Source: a virus (lineage: Duplodnaviria > Caudoviricetes). From it: a stretch of 40,079 nucleotides of DNA. Where the stretch lies: positions 1 through 40,079 of the IMG/VR virus record IMGVR_UViG_3300032290_001007, one strand, 5' to 3'. The stretch's first letter is position 1, and each line of letters opens with the position of its first letter. The translations under genes and the position numbers were made by a program. Under the pieces are notes generated by a model. It saw only the letters and a list, made by a program, of their open reading frames with translations, did no database searches and was not told the DNA's origin. Shown one piece after another: positions 16,150 to 24,581 of the stretch.

Positions 16150-16437
16150 TTAAGTTCCGTAGTCGCTCCCAAAAATCTCAGGATGCCGCCGCGCATACCA
16201 GTTCCGCAGCCACGCACAGAACGGTCCGCGCAGATACCACGGCCAGAGTTCGGCCGAGTAGTAGCGTTCGGGCTTGGTGAAGGTCTGAGTGTAACTGCGA
16301 AAATCCGCGTCGGTGGCCTTTGGAGTGAACTGCTTTTCTTGCCACGTAATGTCAGAGCATACCGAGGCTTCGGTTTCGCGCATCAGGGCAATGAGTTCTT
16401 GCCGGGCTTTGGCTAGTTTTTTGCCGTGGGTGTTCAT
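16150..16437 (-). CDS. Hypothetical protein
   Basis: Start MNTHGKK at 16437; first gene of the minus-strand block. Confidence 0.5.
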   Translation of the reverse strand: MNTHGKKLAKARQELIALMRETEASVCSDITWQEKQFTPKATDADFRSYTQTFTKPERYYSAELWPWYLRGPFCAWLRNWYARRHPEIFGSDYGT

Positions 16438-16483
16438 TTCAAGCTTTACACAAATGAACATCCGTGTTCCATGTCAATCCGCA
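16438..16483. promoter_or_regulatory. Divergent promoter region with GAACA-N4-TGTTC palindrome
   Basis: Minus-strand TTGACA at 16472-16477, plus-strand TTTACA at 16445-16450, palindrome at 16456-16469 between them. Confidence 0.5.
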
Positions 16484-16702
16484 ATGCCGAAAAAGAAAAA
16501 TAAGCCTGCGCGTAGCGGGACCAAGGAAAAGCGCCTCCGCGTGTGGGTTGAGCCTGACAACGTGGCCGAAATCAGGACCGAGATTGCGCGCAATGGTCGC
16601 ACCATTCAGGGCGAGACGAACTGCATCCTTCGGGACTATTATGCCTCCAAGTGGGACGTGCCCCCGGCGTCGGCGGGGGCGGATGCGTTGCGGAGATTTT
16701 AA
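16484..16702 (+). CDS. Arc/ribbon-helix-helix-like regulator
   Basis: KRLRVWVEPDNVAEIRTEIARNGRTIQGETNCILRDYY matches the RHH pattern (strand, helix, NGRS/T, helix). Confidence 0.65.
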   Translation: MPKKKNKPARSGTKEKRLRVWVEPDNVAEIRTEIARNGRTIQGETNCILRDYYASKWDVPPASAGADALRRF

Positions 16703-16703
16703 C

Positions 16704-17177
16704 ATGAGCGACCAACCCCGCATCCTCATCGAAGACATCGGCGGCGAACTTGGCTTTCGCGTGCGTTGGTCCGTGCTGGACCACTGGGCGGACTTTGCGG
16801 TTTACAGCGTCGTGAGCGCGGAGCAGGATGGCCTGTGCCTCAAAGAATTTCGCAAGGCCGGTGCCGCCGAAGACTTCACGCCTAATATCAGCGACGCCGA
16901 CGTGTATTGCCACGGCCACATCAAATGGGATGGATGCTCGCACGTTGAGCAGGATGAGGCGCACCTGTGCGGCGCGTTCATGTTTAAGAAGCACATGGCC
17001 CTGCTGCGCTACCTCTACGTCCGTGCGGGCGAATTGATGAACCGGCCCAACGGCGAGTTAGATGAACCGTGGGGCGTTTGGGATGAACTGCCAGAGATGA
17101 AGCCTGAGAAATACCCGAACTTCGCCCGCGACGCGAAGGGCTGGAATGGCGTGGGTGTGCCGGATGCCGTGGACTAA
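16704..17177 (+). CDS. Hypothetical protein
   Basis: Start MSDQPR; contains GHIKWDGCSH. Confidence 0.6.
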   Translation: MSDQPRILIEDIGGELGFRVRWSVLDHWADFAVYSVVSAEQDGLCLKEFRKAGAAEDFTPNISDADVYCHGHIKWDGCSHVEQDEAHLCGAFMFKKHMALLRYLYVRAGELMNRPNGELDEPWGVWDELPEMKPEKYPNFARDAKGWNGVGVPDAVD

Positions 17178-17180
17178 TTT

Positions 17181-17876
17181 ATGAAACCCTTCTCCATCCT
17201 CCACCCGAACCAAGCCGCATGGCCCAAGTCCTACGGCCTGCCGGTCGAACATTGCGCCGATGTTTTGCGCGGTTCCTACGATTGCCCCTACAACCCGACG
17301 ACGCCGCCAGTTTGCCTTGATCTAGGGGCGAATGTCGGCGCGTTCACGCGCTGGGCTGTCAAGCGCTGGCCCGGTTGCACCGTTCATGCCTACGAGCCAT
17401 GCCCGTCGAACTTTACGCTCCTGAAGCAGACCATCGACACGATGATGGACGCAGGCGATGGCGTAGTGCGCGCCTTGCCGTATCAGAAGGCCGTCGCCGG
17501 CCACGCCTGCCGCGCAACGCTCCAAGCCGGCGAGTTCAACTGCGGCGAGTGGTCGCTGGTCATGCCCGAGGTCGCAGGGCGTGAGAAGGTGGAAGTGGAT
17601 GTGATAGCGGCGACGGATTTGCCGAGGGCTGACGTGCTAAAGCTCGACGTTGAAGGCGCGGAAATTTTGGTGCTGTCCGCGCTGACGCTCGCGGGGCGCA
17701 TGAAAGAGTTCAGCGCGTGCATGATGGAAACCCATAACGATGAGTTCATTCCCGCAATCAAGGCGCACATGGTCAAGGACGGCTTTACGCTGACCGGCGA
17801 GAATCGGCCCAGTCCGCAGCGCGCCGAGCTAAAGTTCGTGCGCGCCGATCTGCTGCCTGCCGACTTCAAGCCATGA
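17181..17876 (+). CDS. FkbM-family SAM-dependent methyltransferase
   Basis: CLDLGANVGAF, VHAYEP, VLKLDVEGAE motifs. Confidence 0.9.
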   Translation: MKPFSILHPNQAAWPKSYGLPVEHCADVLRGSYDCPYNPTTPPVCLDLGANVGAFTRWAVKRWPGCTVHAYEPCPSNFTLLKQTIDTMMDAGDGVVRALPYQKAVAGHACRATLQAGEFNCGEWSLVMPEVAGREKVEVDVIAATDLPRADVLKLDVEGAEILVLSALTLAGRMKEFSACMMETHNDEFIPAIKAHMVKDGFTLTGENRPSPQRAELKFVRADLLPADFKP

Positions 17877-18007
17877 AACTGAACCCGCCCGACGTTCCCC
17901 GCAAGCCGATGCTCAAAAACGCCCTCCGCGTGATCATCTTCCTGTCCACGGCGACCGCGATGGCCGCTGGTTGGGCCGCTGGCCACTTCATCGCAAAATA
18001 CTGGTAA
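17873..18007 (+). CDS. Small membrane peptide (44 aa)
   Basis: Read by hand: MKLNPPDVPRKPMLKNALRVIIFLSTATAMAAGWAAGHFIAKYW. ATGA overlap with the FkbM gene. Confidence 0.5.
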   Translation: MKLNPPDVPRKPMLKNALRVIIFLSTATAMAAGWAAGHFIAKYW

Positions 18008-18011
18008 CTTT

Positions 18012-18350
18012 ATGCAAAAAATCACCGCCCACTCCCTTGACCTGCAACCGTCCCAAAAGCTGGACCTGCCCATCGGCGCACGCCTGCTGACGGTCAACGT
18101 CGATCACCGATTTAACAAGTGCCTGCTCTGGACCTTGCAGGATGACGATGCTTCAACTGAGCCTGTCACGTTCGCCATGGCCAAGCTGAACGAGACCGCG
18201 ACTGGCAACTACATCGGCACGTTCAAGGACAACTCGGGGTATCTGCACGTTTTTGCGCAGATGCCGGAGAAAAGCCCAGTGGTGGCCATCCGTGAAGCGG
18301 CGCAGGTGCCGAAGCTGGCCAAGGCTGAACCCGCGCTTGCTGCCAAATGA
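18012..18350 (+). CDS. Phage hypothetical protein
   Basis: LDLPIGARLLTV...LLW...YIGT...HVF, a pattern common in phage small proteins. Confidence 0.6.
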   Translation: MQKITAHSLDLQPSQKLDLPIGARLLTVNVDHRFNKCLLWTLQDDDASTEPVTFAMAKLNETATGNYIGTFKDNSGYLHVFAQMPEKSPVVAIREAAQVPKLAKAEPALAAK

Positions 18351-19198
18351 AACGCCGCATCCTCATCGCCTGCCCCGCCAAAGGCGGCGTCAGCGGTCAC
18401 TGGTTTGAGCAACACGCCGCGCTCATGGCGCTGAACCATCCCGACTACGCCTTTGAGTTCGTCATTGAGACCGGCCACGGCGGGATCAACTTTGCCCGCA
18501 ACATCATCGCGGACGAAGCAATCCGGCGCGACGTGTGGAAGGTAGTCCAGATTGACGCCGACATGCGTTGGATGGCCGCGGACGTGGTGCGGCTGGTCAG
18601 CGTGCCAGAGCCCATCGTTTACGCGCCCTACGTGGCCAAGCGGAGCGGGCCGGTGCGCTGGCTGGTCATCGCCACGCCAGGGGCCAAGGTGGACGAGCGC
18701 GGGCTGTTGCTGTCTGACTTCGTGGGCACGGGTGCCGTCAGTATCGAAGTTGCGGCGTTGCGGGCCATGGTGGACTTTTACCCGGAGCGGCGGTTCGTTT
18801 ACGAGGACGATTCAACCGGCATCAGGAAGACGATGACGGAACTGTTTCCGATGGGGCTGGTCGGGCCTAATACGCCGGAGGGCAAGATTGCCCGCATTCG
18901 CAAGGTCATGGCCAAACTCGTGACCGACGCGCCGCAGTCCGAGTGGGGCGAGTTTTACATGAAGCAGTTGGACGACGTGAATGAAATTCTCAACGTCAAC
19001 CACCCCGGCGAATCCCGCCTCCTCGGTGAAGACCACCACTTCTGCCGTCTTGCGCGCAAGGCCGGTTTCAAGCTCTGGACCGACATGAACTCGGTCATCG
19101 GCCACGTCGGCGATGCAATCTACCCGATTGGGCGGGAGCAGTTGTCGTCGGCTGCGTGCATTCCGAGCAGTGAGTCGTTTTTTGAGCATACTGACTAA
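18347..19198 (+). CDS. Glycosyltransferase, GT-A/GT2-like (paralog 1)
   Basis: ILIACP, ARNII, DxD motif QIDADM, VGTG, GEDHHFC, IGHVG. Confidence 0.85.
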   Translation: MKRRILIACPAKGGVSGHWFEQHAALMALNHPDYAFEFVIETGHGGINFARNIIADEAIRRDVWKVVQIDADMRWMAADVVRLVSVPEPIVYAPYVAKRSGPVRWLVIATPGAKVDERGLLLSDFVGTGAVSIEVAALRAMVDFYPERRFVYEDDSTGIRKTMTELFPMGLVGPNTPEGKIARIRKVMAKLVTDAPQSEWGEFYMKQLDDVNEILNVNHPGESRLLGEDHHFCRLARKAGFKLWTDMNSVIGHVGDAIYPIGREQLSSAACIPSSESFFEHTD

Positions 19199-19237
19199 GC
19201 CCACCACTGACTGAGCCCAACGCTAGAACAAAATCCC

Positions 19238-19765
19238 ATGGCCAAATCCAAAGAAGAGTCCGCCGCCAAGCAACGCATCGCCAATGCCAAGGCCCAAGTT
19301 CGCAAGATGATGATCGCGGGTAAGACCGACGAGGCGCGCGCCTACGCCGAGAAATACGGCTTTGACGTGTTTGCGGCCCGACTGGGACCGGAATATCAGA
19401 ACTCCGCGGAGCCGATGTTTGCGGCGCTGAAGGCGGCACGCAATGGGGCAGCTACGCCCGTGGTTGAAGCGGCCGTTGACGTGGCTCCAGCGGTTATGGA
19501 TATGGGCGACGAACCCGTGCCGGAAGCCGCACCGGACAGCCCCGAGTCCATCAACGGCTACCCCGTCCTGACCGATGCCGTCGTCTGGGGAATCCCGCCG
19601 AACAAAAACTTGGTCGTGATAGAGCTGCCCGACAAGCGCCGCGTTTCCATGTGGCGGACCCGGCGCGTCACCTACCGGATTTACATGAAACTGCGGGCGC
19701 GGCTCGTGAAGACCGAGGGCGATCCCATCTACGAGGAAGTGATGCCGGCGCAGGCTGCTTTTTAA
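19238..19765 (+). CDS. Hypothetical protein
   Basis: 175-aa ORF between the two glycosyltransferases. Confidence 0.65.
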   Translation: MAKSKEESAAKQRIANAKAQVRKMMIAGKTDEARAYAEKYGFDVFAARLGPEYQNSAEPMFAALKAARNGAATPVVEAAVDVAPAVMDMGDEPVPEAAPDSPESINGYPVLTDAVVWGIPPNKNLVVIELPDKRRVSMWRTRRVTYRIYMKLRARLVKTEGDPIYEEVMPAQAAF

Positions 19766-19767
19766 TT

Positions 19768-20586
19768 ATGCCTGCTCCAGCTACCAGACGCGTCCTCCTC
19801 TCCGTGCCCTTAAAAGGGGCCTTGGCCTCCTACTTCGTCAACAATCTGATCTCCACCTGCCGCGCCGTGCTTCCGGGCGTGTCGCTGGACTTTGCCTTCC
19901 TTGAAGGCGCCCCGGTGCAGCAGGCGCGGAACGAGATTTGCGACAACGCCGTGCGCGCCGGCTACGATGATGTCGTAATGCTGGACAAAGACCTTGACGT
20001 GGGTGTGCCGGATTTGGTGCGCATTTTGCGCCATGACGTGCCCGTGGTCTGCGCGCTTTACCCGCACCGCTCGCTGGACACGTTCTGGCATGTTCGGCCG
20101 CTGTCGGCGGATGAGCAGCCGGACACAGTGGGACTGATGCGTGTGCAGCAGTCGGCGGTCGGATTCTGCAAGATCAAGGTGTCCGCGATCAAAAAGCTGA
20201 TGGCGGACCATCCTGACCGGGCGGGACTGCTGACGGAGACGGGCGGTGGGGCTAGGATGGTGCATGAACTTTTCCCGATGGAGTTGGTTGGTCCCAATAC
20301 GCCTGCCGCCAGGATCAAGGCCGTGGAGGATGCCATTGTGCATCACGCGCAGGCAATCGACTTGAATTTACTGATGGCCGCGATTGACGCGGCGCTTTAC
20401 GGGCGCAGTGAACAACCGAACTTGCACCAGGCCGAAGACTACGGCTTCTGCCGCCTGTGCGCCGAGTCAGGAATCCCGGTCTACGTCGATACCAAGCTGA
20501 TCGTCCAGCATGAAGCGAGCATCAAGCTGCCGATACCGGATGAGCAGTTGAAGAAGATGCTGGCGGAGGCGTGGAGGCGGGCATAA
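19768..20586 (+). CDS. Glycosyltransferase, GT-A/GT2-like (paralog 2)
   Basis: Start MPAPAT at 19768. ARNEI, MLDKDL (DxD), AVGFC, AEDYGFC, VYVDTKLIVQH. Confidence 0.85.
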   Translation: MPAPATRRVLLSVPLKGALASYFVNNLISTCRAVLPGVSLDFAFLEGAPVQQARNEICDNAVRAGYDDVVMLDKDLDVGVPDLVRILRHDVPVVCALYPHRSLDTFWHVRPLSADEQPDTVGLMRVQQSAVGFCKIKVSAIKKLMADHPDRAGLLTETGGGARMVHELFPMELVGPNTPAARIKAVEDAIVHHAQAIDLNLLMAAIDAALYGRSEQPNLHQAEDYGFCRLCAESGIPVYVDTKLIVQHEASIKLPIPDEQLKKMLAEAWRRA

Positions 20587-20611
20587 AAAAGCCCCGACGT
20601 GAATCGGGGCT
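20585..20611 (-). terminator. Rho-independent terminator between convergent genes
   Basis: AGCCCCGA-cgtgaa-TCGGGGCT hairpin next to A6 (T6 on the minus strand). Confidence 0.8.
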
Positions 20612-20620
20612 GTGCGCCGG

Positions 20621-21055
20621 TTACTGTTTCATCGTCCCCTCAACGCCGCGCTTCATGCGGTCGTGGGTCCGCTTCTGAAGCCAGAACAACGCCTCTTCCA
20701 AGTGCGTCAGGGCGCAGGCGTTCTCGCGGCAGGCGTAGGTGCCGCGCTGCGTAAAATCGTGGCCAGTTCCGCCATCAGACGTGTTTACGATGGGATGCTG
20801 AAAGCTGCGCATCCGGTCGATGACGACGGCCAGCAACGCTTCGTTTGTGATGCCATTCATGTCCTCGACTTTGGCGATGGGCCCGTTCTGGAAGCGGAGG
20901 TTAACGCCGAACGGGCGCGGTCCGATGTTGGGGATGTGCTCGCCGCGACCGATCAGGTTATACTGATACGGGGCACCACCGGGGCTTGGTGCGCCGGCAG
21001 TAATTTCGATGGCTTCGTTGAGGCCGTTTACTTTGTGGTCTGTGATGTTACGCAT
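20621..21055 (-). CDS. tad1: Tad1-like anti-Thoeris/immune-signal sponge protein
   Basis: PGGAPYQY...LRFQNGP...GITNEALLAVVIDRMRSFQ...CRENACALTHLEEALFWLQKRTHDRMKRGVEGT closely matches the Tad1 pattern as I recall it (FQ.G...DRLKSFQ...RENACALTH.EEAL.W..RR..DR..R.V.GT). Confidence 0.8.
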   Translation of the reverse strand: MRNITDHKVNGLNEAIEITAGAPSPGGAPYQYNLIGRGEHIPNIGPRPFGVNLRFQNGPIAKVEDMNGITNEALLAVVIDRMRSFQHPIVNTSDGGTGHDFTQRGTYACRENACALTHLEEALFWLQKRTHDRMKRGVEGTMKQ

Positions 21056-21060
21056 AGAAA

Positions 21061-21660
21061 AGAGAGCCGATCCGCACGATGCGAATCCTCGGCCAACAGA
21101 CTCGAATGACGGCGCTGTGTGAACACGCCTCATGGCTCGTGCGGGCGACCGTTATGCCCAAACATCCCGTCAGTCCTATTCAGCCTGCGAGGCGGTGTCC
21201 TTTGGCGTTAGCCGAACCGCAACGGGAAAGTGAACCATGCGCCGCAGACCGGCTGGTCTGCTAAACTGGGCGTTGGCTTTACGACTGCAACGCATAAGTA
21301 AATTTTTTCCCCTCGCCTGCTACGTGCTTGTTGGAGAACAGCGGGTGACGGGACACGGCAGGCGGGGAGGAAATTAATTGCGCCTCGCATAACACGATCA
21401 AGCTCTTTGGCGGACGATCATCGTGGAGTTTCCGGGAAGACTTCTGACCGCTACGTATCAGCCTGCTTTTCCGTTTACCGGCAAGAGCCTCGCGGCACTT
21501 CTGAATCCGGCAAAAGCACCACAGCGGCCTCATTCGGCACTTGTCCTACTTGGCCCATTGGGCAGCGCAAATTGTGAAAGAACGCCGCAAGCCACCGGGC
21601 CTGCGGGCCTCAACTGTGCGGCGCGGGCCACGAGGAAGAGGGTTGAGACCGCACGCAATC
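21061..21660 (-). ncRNA. Candidate structured non-coding RNA or leader
   Basis: ~600 nt with no credible ORF and several complementary segments (see findings). Minus-strand TTGACG just upstream (~21676-21681). Confidence 0.35.
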
Positions 21661-21687
21661 ACCATCCGCGCGTCTCGTCAAGCAAGA

Positions 21688-22110
21688 TTAATAAAGAATG
21701 CCGTCAGTCCCGTCAAGGTCAACGGCGGCGGGCGCAGCGACCGGCACCTGCCCCACCGTCAGCGTCCCATGCTGCTGATGCCAGAGCGTGCGAGCGGCCT
21801 GCTCCAACGCCACGTCAGCGGGGCGCGGCGGGAACGGCTTGCCGCTGTTGTCGAGACGCGGTGTTTTGACGCTGGCATACCAGCCGAGCGACTTCTCGGA
21901 CAGCGCGCCCAGAGCGACGCCGTTGTTTTTACCAAAGTGAATGATGGTGCTGGCGGCGTTTTCAACCACGGTGCCGGGCTGCGGTGGCGGGCCTTCGGGG
22001 CTGGGCGTGGACGGCGCAGCGGTTGAGGCTGGCGCGGATGCGGGCCGGGCGCCAAGCAGGGCTTTGATGGCGCGGAGTTCAATGAGGATTTCTTGTTGGA
22101 TGTCGGGCAT
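21688..22110 (-). CDS. Hypothetical protein with FGK.G..L..L...L.W motif (DUF3820-like)
   Basis: IHFGKNNGVALGALSEKSLGWY after a Pro/Ala linker. Confidence 0.55.
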   Translation of the reverse strand: MPDIQQEILIELRAIKALLGARPASAPASTAAPSTPSPEGPPPQPGTVVENAASTIIHFGKNNGVALGALSEKSLGWYASVKTPRLDNSGKPFPPRPADVALEQAARTLWHQQHGTLTVGQVPVAAPAAVDLDGTDGILY

Positions 22111-22203
22111 AAAATTAGGAGTTGCCGTCGTGGTCAAAAATGAGCGCGTAAATGAAACAGAAGAACAGAAACGTGGCGACGATCAGCATCATGGCGGGTG
22201 GCG

Positions 22204-22470
22204 CTACTTGAGCAGCGACTTGTCATTGCCCGTCAGCGACCGCCGCAGCTTGATCAGCACCGGCACGCTGGGCCAGTTGTTGCCACGCTCGACGTTGTTG
22301 AGCGTCTTGTTGCTGATCCCGACCTGTTCGGCCAGTTCGCATTGTGAAAGGCGGGCCAATGCGCGGGCCTCCGTCATGTCGGCGGAGAAGCGGGCGAGGT
22401 CTTGCGGCATGGCCGGGCCTTTTTTGACGCGGGTGAGTTTGAAGCGGGTCTTGGTGGCTAGCTTGGTCAT
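22204..22470 (-). CDS. XRE/Cro-like HTH regulator
   Basis: ARALARLSQCELAEQVGISNKTLNNVERGNNWPSVPVLIKL; TTGACG 35 nt before ATG 22470. Confidence 0.85.
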   Translation of the reverse strand: MTKLATKTRFKLTRVKKGPAMPQDLARFSADMTEARALARLSQCELAEQVGISNKTLNNVERGNNWPSVPVLIKLRRSLTGNDKSLLK

Positions 22471-22556
22471 GGGCCCCACCAAAAGCACCGAAATCGTCCC
22501 GTCAAGCGAGATTTTTGCTTGATCTTTGAAATAGTTGGGGCCATGGCTATCGAACC

Positions 22557-22865
22557 GTGATGCAGACCCGCGCAAAACCTACGTCAACGCTTGGCCCCGA
22601 CCTGTGGACGGATAAGCATGAGGCGGAGGAGATTCGCCTTAGTAAAATGATCGGGACTGCGAACGATTGGTTTCCGTATTTCAAAGCCGGATGGGGATTT
22701 CGTCGGGTCATAATAATCCCAAAGGAATATCTCGGCACCATGAACGAGCAATGGGACGACTGCGAACCTTTTTACAGGGAAGACCTCGGATGCTGCATCT
22801 GGAGTCCGGCTAGATGCGGCACTAAAGAGCGTGGAGAAACATGGCGCGCTATCAGATATAAATAA
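22557..22865 (+). CDS. Hypothetical protein
   Basis: 102-aa ORF, divergent from the HTH gene. Confidence 0.4.
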   Translation: MMQTRAKPTSTLGPDLWTDKHEAEEIRLSKMIGTANDWFPYFKAGWGFRRVIIIPKEYLGTMNEQWDDCEPFYREDLGCCIWSPARCGTKERGETWRAIRYK

Positions 22866-22871
22866 CCCGTC

Positions 22872-23081
22872 ATGCAGACCGACCTATTCGCAGACCTACC
22901 GCCGTCACTGAGCCCGAGACTGGCGTGGCTGCGAAAACATGGGCTGACGTTGACCAAGGTCGGTGACAACAAGTGGCGCTGCTCGCTGGATGACGAGAAT
23001 TTTGGGAGCGGGGCGGATGGGGATGCGGCGGTGGATGATTTTTGTGCCCGGACCAAGATCAGGGATTGGAGCACGCCATGA
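22872..23081 (+). CDS. Hypothetical protein
   Basis: MQTDLFADLPPSLSPRLAWLRKHG...; ATGA overlap with the next gene. Confidence 0.65.
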   Translation: MQTDLFADLPPSLSPRLAWLRKHGLTLTKVGDNKWRCSLDDENFGSGADGDAAVDDFCARTKIRDWSTP

Positions 23082-23371
23082 CTCGCCCCGCTTTTTTAGT
23101 CCAATTCGACGCCGACGACTGCCTCTACGTCATCATGGCGCGCAGCCACGGTCGGACGGAGCCGTTCGGACCGCGCATCTTGCGGGCGCCGCCGCATCCG
23201 ATGGTAGCTACCAAGCACGAGACTGAGGCGGGCGCGCTGAAGGACGTGGCGAAGCTGGAGACTTACTTTGCGGGGCTGACGGATCGGAAGAAAGCCAAGG
23301 ATCGGCCCGTGGAATATGGGAACGGCCTTGGCGGGATTGATGACTGTCCAATCTTTGGCGTTACCAGCTAA
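23078..23371 (+). CDS. Hypothetical protein
   Basis: Start MTRPAF at 23078. Confidence 0.55.
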   Translation: MTRPAFLVQFDADDCLYVIMARSHGRTEPFGPRILRAPPHPMVATKHETEAGALKDVAKLETYFAGLTDRKKAKDRPVEYGNGLGGIDDCPIFGVTS

Positions 23372-23376
23372 TTTTT

Positions 23377-23637
23377 ATGCCCAACCCAACCAACCCAAGA
23401 ACCGGCTCGCCATCGCATGGCGCGGCCTGCGCCAGTTACCGCACCGTCCCCACCTTCAAAACGCCCACGGCCAACGCCGTGATCGGATGCAACATCCGCC
23501 CCGGAATGACGCCGGGAGGCATGATGACCAGCTTGGCCCTAACGGACAAGCAGCGGAACGAGAAGCGGGTCAGGAAATACAACGAGGTGAACCAAGCGGC
23601 GATGGCGTTTTTGGAGAATAGGGTGGTGCGCACATGA
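23377..23637 (+). CDS. Hypothetical protein
   Basis: Part of an overlapping gene chain. Confidence 0.5.
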   Translation: MPNPTNPRTGSPSHGAACASYRTVPTFKTPTANAVIGCNIRPGMTPGGMMTSLALTDKQRNEKRVRKYNEVNQAAMAFLENRVVRT

Positions 23638-23894
23638 ATACGACAATCCCAACGCCCCGCACGCGTGCGGCCATCGACAGCGCCACGGGCATCGAGGACG
23701 CGTTTCAGAAGGCCGTCGAGTGCTCTGAGACGCTGGAGCGCGAGCTGATCCGTGCGCGGCGATGCCATGCCAGCATTGAACTGGCCTTGGCTGACGCGCT
23801 CTCCACGTTCCGGCATGACGGCGGCGAGAGCATTATCACGGCGGAGCGCCAAGAAGCGTGGGCTGAGGCGCTGAAGCAGGAGGACGTAAAATGA
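23634..23894 (+). CDS. Hypothetical protein (TPRT..A...ETLEREL type)
   Basis: Common phage small-protein pattern; ATGA overlaps on both sides. Confidence 0.6.
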   Translation: MNTTIPTPRTRAAIDSATGIEDAFQKAVECSETLERELIRARRCHASIELALADALSTFRHDGGESIITAERQEAWAEALKQEDVK

Positions 23895-24064
23895 TCCTGC
23901 CTACCAACGCAGAATGTCGCCTGTGCGTGTCCGAACTGTTAGACGAGCCGTGCCTGACCCAGTGGGAGCGCGACTTTATCGCCAGCAACGTGACACGCAC
24001 CGAATTTACCGATGCCCAAAAGCAAGTATGCCGCGACCTGATGACGCGCTACGAGGTGACGTGA
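23891..24064 (+). CDS. Hypothetical protein (57 aa)
   Basis: Read by hand: MILPTNAECRLCVSELLDEPCLTQWERDFIASNVTRTEFTDAQKQVCRDLMTRYEVT. Confidence 0.55.
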   Translation: MILPTNAECRLCVSELLDEPCLTQWERDFIASNVTRTEFTDAQKQVCRDLMTRYEVT

Positions 24065-24066
24065 AT

Positions 24067-24378
24067 ATGCTTGGCATGCAACTTATGCTGGAGCAGTTGG
24101 AAAGCCACCGCCTTGAGGTGATGCTGGTGCCGCTCAACCCCAACCGGCGCGGCTGGAACGAGGGCGGATGCCGTAGGTGCTTGGCCGATCAAAACGCCAA
24201 GTGGTATCGTGATTTCTGCGCCCGCTTCCCGTCATCGCGCGGAACGCGTAAGGGCGGTTTTGATACGGTTATACGGAGGGCCAACGTGCTGAGTGCGCTG
24301 AACCGCTTGGTTAGTGGGGCCGGGTATGGGGGCAAGTATCGGGATGAGTTGGTGGCGGTGGCTAAAAAAATTACATGA
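24067..24378 (+). CDS. Hypothetical protein
   Basis: Start MLGMQLML at 24067. Confidence 0.55.
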   Translation: MLGMQLMLEQLESHRLEVMLVPLNPNRRGWNEGGCRRCLADQNAKWYRDFCARFPSSRGTRKGGFDTVIRRANVLSALNRLVSGAGYGGKYRDELVAVAKKIT

Positions 24379-24581
24379 AAACAACTATGAGAAAGAAGCG
24401 CCGTATCAGGTGCAATGCTTGGGGAAACACCTACGGCTACGAAGGTGCTACGCGGGCCAAGGATTTCGGCACCGATGAATTGGCGGCTGCGCGTTGGCTG
24501 GCCGATGCTGTCGCGTTCGAGTCGGAAGCGCAGCAGACCAGAGAGTGGATTAAGGCAACTTTCAAGACGGGCAAACTATGA
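24375..24581 (+). CDS. Hypothetical protein
   Basis: Overlapping start/stop on both sides. Confidence 0.55.
   Translation: MKTTMRKKRRIRCNAWGNTYGYEGATRAKDFGTDELAAARWLADAVAFESEAQQTREWIKATFKTGKL

Noticed and set aside
16456-16469. GAACA-N4-TGTTC as a host LexA/SOS box
   Set aside because: Spacing and orientation do not match the LexA consensus motifs I know. More simply an operator for the adjacent RHH protein.
21061-21660. tRNA genes in the structured intergenic region
   Set aside because: No GTTCRA T-loop with cloverleaf geometry was found on either strand by eye.
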